A program made the position numbers and the translations under genes. From a virus: DNA of 6,149 nucleotides. The notes below the pieces were generated by a model that made no database searches, had not been told where the DNA came from, and saw nothing but the letters and a program-made list of their open reading frames with translations. Below are positions 1 through 3,926 of the stretch, piece after piece. The number at the start of each line of letters is the position of its first letter. Within the stretch, counting starts at the first letter, position 1. The stretch spans positions 1 through 6,149 of IMG/VR virus record IMGVR_UViG_3300029256_000055; one strand, written 5' to 3'.

Positions 1-77
1 GCTCTTCTAGTTTTCCTTTTCGCAGCATGATTACTCCGTGCAAGGCTTCTGTATATTCCTGTTCTTCTTCTGCCTTT
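1..77. repeat. Terminal direct repeat, copy 1 (identical to 6073-6149); overlap from linearising a circular molecule
   Basis: Base-by-base comparison shows 1-77 (gctcttctag...tgccttt) equals 6073-6149 with no mismatch. The repeat is bounded by the window ends. 77 is a k-mer size commonly used by de Bruijn assemblers. Confidence 0.97.
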
Positions 78-136
78 TCACCCATTTTTCCTAGTTTTTC
101 CGTCGTCTTGCATAGTTCTTTTTCACATTCTTCCAT
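1..136 (-). CDS. N-terminal part (ATG at 136..134) of a junction-spanning 100-aa hypothetical protein; continues at 6072..5906
   Basis: The - strand reads ATG GAA GAA TGT GAA AAA ..., giving MEECEKELCKTTEKLGKMGEKAEEEQEYTEA, followed by LHGVIMLRKGKLEEQ. The TTG at 43..41 equals the TTG 'start' at 6115 in the ORF track and is in frame with ATG 136 (93 nt = 31 codons). An in-frame TGA at 145..143 closes the frame upstream. Confidence 0.6.
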   Translation of the reverse strand, partial: MEECEKELCKTTEKLGKMGEKAEEEQEYTEALHGVIMLRKGKLEE

Positions 137-142
137 TTTATT

Positions 143-337
143 TCATTTTAAGTTAAAATTAGTACTGTCATTCTCTTGATTGGCGCTGGCATTCTGGTCT
201 ACTTTCTGCTCGCTGTTGCTGTTGTTCTTCTGGATATTCAAGCTTATCACACACCCTCCTAGCGTTGCCGCGACTATCCATGCTAATACTAACAGTTTTA
301 TCAGTTTTTCTTCCTTTTGACGCTTAACATTCTCCAT
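143..337 (-). CDS. Small putative lipoprotein (64 aa), function unknown
   Basis: The N-terminus has a basic n-region (MENVKRQKEEKLIK) and a hydrophobic h-region (LLVLAWIVAATLGG). A lipobox-like L-G-G-C follows, with Cys29 encoded at 253..251. The predicted mature part is about 35 aa and rich in N/Q/S. The ORF is on the same strand as all phage genes and within the gene-dense block. Confidence 0.6.
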   Translation of the reverse strand: MENVKRQKEEKLIKLLVLAWIVAATLGGCVISLNIQKNNSNSEQKVDQNASANQENDSTNFNLK

Positions 338-507
338 GATTTTTTACCCATTTCTGTTAAATACTTCCCTAACTCCTTGTAGCCTCCGCAGGTGGTAGTC
401 AGAGTTACTATATCTCCTGTACCTTCGTTAACGAATTCGATGTCGAATATAACGAATAATTCTGTTTTTTGACTTGTTTCTTCCATTTTTTTTGATATAT
501 TAATCAT
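301..507 (-). CDS. Hypothetical protein (68 aa)
   Basis: The ORF is on the coding strand. Its ATG (507..505) overlaps the stop of the upstream ORF in the sequence ATGATTAA, and its 3' end overlaps the next ORF by 37 nt, which is typical microvirus packing. I recognise no motif. Confidence 0.45.
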   Translation of the reverse strand: MINISKKMEETSQKTELFVIFDIEFVNEGTGDIVTLTTTCGGYKELGKYLTEMGKKSWRMLSVKRKKN

Positions 508-772
508 TACCTAGTGTCCATATAACCTTCCAGCTTTTGCACTTTTCTTCGAGCGCACCGCCAATAAACAGATTGGGAAATAACTCTTTCATCTTTCTGA
601 TTGTTTCCTTGGCTATGCGTTCTTCATAGAACTTCTCGACCGTTATCTCGTCCTTGAATATGATTGTAAGTCTGTAATGCCTTTTGTCTTCGGTTTTGGC
701 TTTTTTTTCCATAATTGATAGTTTTAATTTTTCTTTCTGTATTGCAAATATAGGCATTTTTTTTGAAAACAC
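500..772 (-). CDS. Hypothetical protein; the track start at 772 is GTG, and the more likely start is ATG 712..710 (70 aa, MEKKAKTEDKRHYRL...)
   Basis: The ORF is on the coding strand and is the first gene after the long intergenic region. A Bacteroides-type promoter motif lies inside the first 20 codons of the long form, which favours the internal ATG. I recognise no motif. Confidence 0.5.
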   Translation of the reverse strand: MFSKKMPIFAIQKEKLKLSIMEKKAKTEDKRHYRLTIIFKDEITVEKFYEERIAKETIRKMKELFPNLFIGGALEEKCKSWKVIWTLGND

Positions 773-775
773 AAA
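745..775 (-). promoter_or_regulatory. Candidate Bacteroidota sigma-AB-type promoter (-33 TTTG / -7 TAnnTTTG) driving the small-ORF/capsid operon
   Basis: The - strand reads TTTG (775..772), then 19 nt, then TATATTTG (752..745). This matches the published Bacteroides consensus of -33 TTTG and -7 TAnnTTTG at roughly 19-21 nt spacing. It lies about 33 nt upstream of ATG 712. Confidence 0.4.
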
Positions 776-860
776 ATTTTTTGAACATTTCCTATTATAA
801 TCATATAATATTTTTCTATTAAAAAATAAATCTATATGTATATGATAGCCTGTTGAAACT

Positions 861-958
861 GTTCATAACTTTGTTAATTCATTTATTTTCAATCATTTAC
901 CTTGTTTATAACTTTGTTTATAACTTTTCATTTATTTATTTGTATTGTTCATAACTTT
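861..958 (+). repeat. Iteron array A: four copies of GTTYATAACTTT (861-872, 904-915, 916-927, 947-958), with interspersed CATTTATTT motifs
   Basis: Read directly: gttcataacttt, gtttataacttt, gtttataacttt (the last two in tandem), gttcataacttt. catttatttt/catttattta occurs at 880-889, 929-938 and 998-1007. The block is very AT-rich (about 14 G+C in 861-940 by hand count). Confidence 0.8.
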
Positions 959-1002
959 TTTCGTATAGTAAAACATTTCATTATTCCAAATTTTAAGCAT
1001 TT

Positions 1003-1068
1003 ATTTTATCAACAAGTTATTAACAGGTTTATCAACCGATTTTTATAGGTTATCAACAGGTTATTAAC
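1003..1068 (-). repeat. Iteron array B: five 11-12 nt units GTTRATAAC(Y)T on the - strand, as three tandem units plus two tandem units
   Basis: The - strand units are GTTAATAACCT (1068..1058), GTTGATAACCT (1057..1047), GTTGATAAACCT (1036..1025), GTTAATAACTT (1024..1014) and GTTGATAAAAT (1013..1003). They sit in an 11-12 nt register with a 10-nt gap at 1037-1046. The core GTTNATAAC is the same as in array A but in the opposite orientation. Confidence 0.85.
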
Positions 1069-1073
1069 ACCCA

Positions 1074-1209
1074 CAAGCCGAATACTTGGAGGCTTGCATA
1101 TAGTTGGCAGCATGACCACCCGCGAGTGCTGTCGCGGGTAGCGAGCTAGCCTCGCGTAGTCATGTTAATAAGCGCGGCCTCTGGCCGCCTACCTTCGAGT
1201 CACTCAAGG
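1074..1209. other. GC-rich hairpin cluster (island A) immediately downstream of rep; candidate ssDNA origin/primosome site and/or terminator complex
   Basis: Hairpins read from the sequence are listed here. caagcc/ggcttg pairs at 1074-1079/1091-1096. A three-way junction at 1111-1164 has outer stem catgac/gtcatg and encloses acccgcga/tcgcgggt (1118-1125/1132-1139) and gcgag/ctcgc (1141-1145/1151-1155). gcggcc/ggccgc pairs at 1174-1179/1183-1188. ccttcgag/ctcaagg pairs with one bulge at 1192-1199/1203-1209. About 51 of 80 nt are G+C in 1111-1190 by hand count. Confidence 0.6.
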
Positions 1210-1211
1210 AT

Positions 1212-1229
1212 GGCGAAGCTGGCGAAGCT
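1212..1229. repeat. Perfect tandem duplication GGCGAAGCT x2, abutting and overlapping the rep stop codon
   Basis: ggcgaagct at 1212-1220 is repeated at 1221-1229 and followed by agcgag. The rep stop TAG is at 1230..1228. Confidence 0.9.
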
Positions 1230-2178
1230 AGCGAGACTTCCGGTACCTTAGCCTTGCCTGACGCATCTTCTCCAGTCTTGCCTTGGTTTTTTCGCGCTCC
1301 CAGTCTTCTGGATTGTCACCGTACAGTTGCTCGGCTCTTTTTTGATAATACTTTGTCAGGTTATCCCATTCTTCCAGATTATCCGTGCTTACCTTTTCCC
1401 CTGCTATGTACCTGTAGCCTCTTTCCTGTTTTGTTATCCATAGTTTTTCGCGTTCTTCTTCGGTGTATATCTTGTCATGGTAATACTTTGGCAACGGCAG
1501 TTCACTTCCGTTTTCCAGCTTGTAGGTCTCTTTTGTTTCCTTGCCTCTGTATGCGTTTCTTTTGGCATTATAGCTTGTTTCGTAGTTGCACCCTATTCCT
1601 GCACTGCACATTACTTTTCCCCTGAAATCAGGCCATTTTTCGCATATCTTTAGCATGTACTTAGTTACGTATGCAATTGTTGTTTGGTTAACGTAATCTC
1701 CTGTATAGGTATATCCGTATCCCCACTGGTCCACCTTTTCTCTCGTACACCATACTATTCCATGCAGGTGTATTCTCCCGTAGTCTTCTCCTTTTTCGGT
1801 CACCATCCAGTGTCTGATGGACTTCCCTGTTTTCTTTCGGATTCTTTCCAGCCATCTTCTTACGGCTACCTTGCACATCTCGTTCTGCTCGGTATAGTTC
1901 AGGTTTTCCTTGCTTTTTTTAAACAGTTCCCATGACAGTTTCTGGTAATTATCCTCGTTGAATGTCAGTGTAATGAACAGTGCGTTCGGATTGTTTTTCA
2001 GCTCTTCCGCCAGTCTTATCCTCCAGTTCCTTGCTTTTTCCTTTCTGCATTCGATGCACTTTCCGCACTTTGTCGGCACATATCTTAGTCTTTCATCCTT
2101 GCATTCTGGTACATTTCCTTGATTTTTCTTTGTGTACATGTACTTTCTGTTTAATATGTATTTGGTATATAGACACAT
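1228..2178 (-). CDS. VP4: Replication initiation protein VP4 (HUH rolling-circle endonuclease, phiX174 gpA-like)
   Basis: The 316-aa product carries RCR motif 1 FITLTF and motif 2 HLHGIVW (HLH encoded at 1770..1762). Motif 3 is a double tyrosine, YVTKYMLK (1671..1657), like YxxKY of phiX174 gpA. The N-terminus has MC... and a CGKCIECR cysteine cluster common in microvirus Reps. Confidence 0.93.
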   Translation of the reverse strand: MCLYTKYILNRKYMYTKKNQGNVPECKDERLRYVPTKCGKCIECRKEKARNWRIRLAEELKNNPNALFITLTFNEDNYQKLSWELFKKSKENLNYTEQNEMCKVAVRRWLERIRKKTGKSIRHWMVTEKGEDYGRIHLHGIVWCTREKVDQWGYGYTYTGDYVNQTTIAYVTKYMLKICEKWPDFRGKVMCSAGIGCNYETSYNAKRNAYRGKETKETYKLENGSELPLPKYYHDKIYTEEEREKLWITKQERGYRYIAGEKVSTDNLEEWDNLTKYYQKRAEQLYGDNPEDWEREKTKARLEKMRQARLRYRKSR

Positions 2179-2223
2179 AATAAAATTGTTTCACGTGGAA
2201 CATAAATAAAAAATTAGAACAGC

Positions 2224-2285
2224 ACAATGTATGTAGCATTATGGTCTGGCGCGCTTGCGTGCCTGACCTCTGGTGCATACATTGT
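2224..2285. other. Nested hairpin: 10-bp outer stem enclosing an imperfect GC-rich hairpin (start of GC island B)
   Basis: acaatgtatg (2224-2233) is the exact reverse complement of catacattgt (2276-2285). Inside it, ggtc-t-ggcgcg cttg cgtgcc-t-gacc (2243-2268) folds with one G:T pair and one T/T mismatch. Confidence 0.6.
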
Positions 2286-2295
2286 ACTGTTCTTA

Positions 2296-2361
2296 GGCGA
2301 GCGCCGACTGAGCTCCACCAACTGGCGAGTTCCGCATGGCGCGTTAGGGATAGTAGGCGAG
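2296..2361 (+). repeat. Three spaced copies of GGCGAG (2296-2301, 2324-2329, 2356-2361), two of them in the context TAGGCGAG
   Basis: Read directly: ttaggcgagcg, ctggcgagtt, gtaggcgagta, with spacings of 28 and 32 nt. The related motifs GCGAG and GGCGAAG recur in island A (1122-1126, 1141-1145, 1212-1235) and at 3521-3525. Confidence 0.5.
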
Positions 2362-2362
2362 T

Positions 2363-2422
2363 ATGGCCTTTAGGCCATTTGTCTGAGCCGGATAGCCCGA
2401 CCCCCTTGCGGGGTAACGCCCC
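2363..2422 (-). other. Hairpins directly downstream of the VP2 stop: a CCCC-GCAA-GGGG hairpin (GNRA loop in - sense) with an alternative GGGG/CCCC pairing, and ATGGCCT/AGGCCAT
   Basis: Plus-strand cccc ttgc gggg at 2402-2413 reads CCCC GCAA GGGG in - sense, and gggg 2410-2413 can alternatively pair with cccc 2419-2422. atggcct tt aggccat lies at 2363-2378. No U-tract follows either hairpin, so they are not canonical intrinsic terminators. Confidence 0.5.
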
Positions 2423-3490
2423 CTATAATTTTCCTACAATCATCTTGATGATGCTTCCAAGCATCTTTGCGTATTCTCCTTGACCTGTCATCTCGTCCAG
2501 CATCTTGCTGAATGCCTGGTCTTGTTCCAGCTCCCAGTCTTCTCTTTCGTATTTTTTCAGCATTAGCTGTAGTTCCTGTGTCGGCTTGGTCATCTCGTCC
2601 AGCTTCCCTTTTGCGATTAGTCCTATATCATTGCTTAGCTTGTCGAGAATCTTCTTGTCGAATAGCATCTTCTTTTCGTCGTGAGACAGTGTTGCCATGT
2701 CTTTCTTGAAGTTTTTGTAGTACCTTTCTATCACGGTTTCCTCCCATCCCTGAGACTTTCCATTTTCGTACCATACGCTCGACTTGATAACGTTGTTCAT
2801 GTCGTCCTGGAACTGTGCGATTCTGGTCTGTACTTCCTTGTTTTCGATGTTTGCCTTGATAAGCTTGATTGATTCTTCGGTCGCTTCTGCTGTTTTTTTC
2901 AGGTTCTCGATTTTCTGTTCTACTTCCTCGGTATCTTTCTTGTTCTTCCTTACTTCGGCTACTTTCTTTGCCAGGTCTATTCCTATACCTACCAGATTTT
3001 CAACCTTTTGAGCTGTTGTTTCGCTTCTTGTCTTTTCGGCTTGTGCATTTATCAGAGCTGTCTGTGCAGCTGTCTGTTGTGCCTGTAATGCTACTTGTAG
3101 TCCCATTGGTTGCATTGCCGTTGCCGGACTGACCGTTGCACCGTGTGCCTGACCCGGACTTCCCGACCCTCCGTTTAGCAGTGCCGGATTCAGTCCTGCA
3201 GCTTTCATCTGCTTTACCTGGTTTTCGTAACCGGTATAGTCAAACATTTCCTTGGCATATTCCTGACTCTTTGCCGCGGCTTCCTTGTTCCATTGGTTCT
3301 GTAGTTCCATCCTTCGGTTTTCGTCTCTGTTTTGCAACGCATACATCTCTCGCCCGTATTCCATCTGTTTTTGCTGGAGCTCTCTTTGCATGTCCCTGTC
3401 CTTTGCGCTGCTTACTGCTCCTGCTATGGTTCCTGCGAGCCCGGTAATTAAGCCACTTCCTCCTCCTCCTAAAAAATCTAAAAATCCCAT
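2423..3490 (-). CDS. VP2: DNA pilot / minor capsid protein VP2 (phiX174 gpH analogue)
   Basis: The 355-aa product has a Gly-rich hydrophobic N-terminus (MGFLDFLGGGGSGLITGLAGTIAGAV). It also has the conserved-looking MKAAGLNPALL motif and a long charged, coiled-coil-like C-terminal half. Its position and size are typical of microvirus VP2. Confidence 0.85.
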   Translation of the reverse strand: MGFLDFLGGGGSGLITGLAGTIAGAVSSAKDRDMQRELQQKQMEYGREMYALQNRDENRRMELQNQWNKEAAAKSQEYAKEMFDYTGYENQVKQMKAAGLNPALLNGGSGSPGQAHGATVSPATAMQPMGLQVALQAQQTAAQTALINAQAEKTRSETTAQKVENLVGIGIDLAKKVAEVRKNKKDTEEVEQKIENLKKTAEATEESIKLIKANIENKEVQTRIAQFQDDMNNVIKSSVWYENGKSQGWEETVIERYYKNFKKDMATLSHDEKKMLFDKKILDKLSNDIGLIAKGKLDEMTKPTQELQLMLKKYEREDWELEQDQAFSKMLDEMTGQGEYAKMLGSIIKMIVGKL

Positions 3491-3506
3491 AACTTGATTG
3501 TTTTCG

Positions 3507-3523
3507 CGCTTTTTTGAAAAGCG
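3507..3523 (-). other. 7-bp hairpin 17 nt upstream of the VP2 start codon
   Basis: cgctttt (3507-3513), ttg, aaaagcg (3517-3523) form a perfect inverted repeat. It is immediately adjacent to a degenerate iteron copy, aggttattacac, at 3524-3535. Confidence 0.6.
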
Positions 3524-3551
3524 AGGTTATTACACTAGATTATAATGGCTA

Positions 3552-3575
3552 CATGCGTACCCGAAGGTACGCATG
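3552..3575 (-). other. Perfect 10-bp hairpin capped by a UUCG tetraloop in mRNA/viral sense, 20 nt downstream of the VP3 stop
   Basis: catgcgtacc (3552-3561), cgaa, ggtacgcatg (3566-3575). In - sense this reads CAUGCGUACC-UUCG-GGUACGCAUG, with a C(UUCG)G closing pair. No U-tract follows. Confidence 0.7.
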
Positions 3576-3594
3576 ACTTGTTGAAGTCCTACTG

Positions 3595-3921
3595 TCATGT
3601 AGGTTGCCCAGCATCTGTTGATGCGCCGCCTTGAGCGGTATCTTTCTTTTCTGTTTCTCCGCTTGGAGGTTGTTGACCTTTTGCAATGCGCTCCCTGTTT
3701 ACTCGATCCATCGCGTCTTGCGCAATTTCCCACTTGTCTGCTCTCACGTCGTATTGTGGCATTACTCCCTTTTCTTTCGGCGTATAGATTAATGGTGAAG
3801 TATCCTTGATAGGCTCTCCTGTTTCCACTAATTTCTTGCATCTGTCCTCAATGGACTGTCCTTCGTATGATTCCACCCCGAATTGGGTAAAACTTCTTGT
3901 AATGATTCTTGGCTTTCCCAT
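3595..3921 (-). CDS. VP3: Internal scaffolding protein VP3 (probable)
   Basis: The 108-aa ORF starts 5 nt after the VP1 stop. The segment GVMPQYDVRADKWEIAQDAMD resembles the Y-(D/N)-(I/V)-R-x-D-(R/K)-(F/W)-x-I-A core I recall from gokusho/alpavirus VP3 proteins. The C-terminal tail is low-complexity and polar. Confidence 0.72.
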   Translation of the reverse strand: MGKPRIITRSFTQFGVESYEGQSIEDRCKKLVETGEPIKDTSPLIYTPKEKGVMPQYDVRADKWEIAQDAMDRVNRERIAKGQQPPSGETEKKDTAQGGASTDAGQPT

Positions 3922-3926
3922 ATTGC

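Noticed and set aside
134-145. The lipoprotein ORF (stop TGA 145..143) and the 100-aa ORF (ATG 136) are in the same frame only two codons apart, raising the possibility of TGA read-through or recoding, as in Spiroplasma microviruses
   Set aside because: VP3 and the junction ORF also terminate sensibly at TGA, and all core genes are intact under the standard code. There is no in-frame TGA inside any conserved gene, so there is no evidence for reassignment.
861-1068. Could the short repeats be a CRISPR array?
   Set aside because: The units are only 9-12 nt, partly tandem with no unique spacers of about 30 nt, occur in both orientations, and are AT-rich. That is iteron architecture, not CRISPR.
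1159-1170. dif/XerCD-like recombination site: ATGTTAA at 1162-1168 resembles the XerD arm of E. coli dif, and GGTGCATACATTGTA at 2271-2285 loosely resembles the XerC arm. This matters because Alpavirinae-like prophages have been proposed to integrate via host Xer recombinases.
   Set aside because: Only 5-7 nt partial matches are present, the two halves are more than 1 kb apart, and no 11-6-11 architecture exists. I cannot recall a Bacteroidota dif consensus well enough to test this by eye. It is worth a BLAST against host genomes but is not supportable here.
1074-1227. tRNA, ribozyme or other known structured RNA gene in GC island A (and likewise in 2240-2422)
   Set aside because: There is no T-loop (GGTTCGAATCC-like) and no cloverleaf of the correct arm lengths. 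I found no hammerhead CUGAUGA...GAAA core on either strand. The structure is real, but I cannot assign it to any known RNA family by eye.
1688-1876. 62-aa basic ORF on the - strand nested in VP4 in another frame (a gene B/K-like overprint)
   Set aside because: It is short and has no motif. Its basic composition follows from frameshifting purine-rich coding sequence. Nothing in this single sequence separates it from chance, so it would need comparative evidence.
2093-2278. 61-aa - strand ORF spanning the spacer and the 5' end of VP4
   Set aside because: It begins inside the hairpin region, overlaps the VP4 start out of frame, and has an implausible composition (C/H/F-rich). It is most likely spurious.
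2241-2483. 80-aa + strand ORF lying mostly in the GC-rich VP2-VP4 spacer
   Set aside because: The open frame is explained by local GC richness, which gives few stop codons and an R/P/A-rich product. It runs antisense into the 3' end of VP2, has no start context, and would be the only opposite-strand gene in a single-strand-transcribed ssDNA phage.
3539-3544. TATAAT hexamer on the - strand between the two VP3-VP2 hairpins as a sigma70 -10 box for VP2
   Set aside because: There is no matching -35 element. The inferred host group uses a different promoter consensus (TAnnTTTG), and a single AT-rich hexamer is expected by chance.
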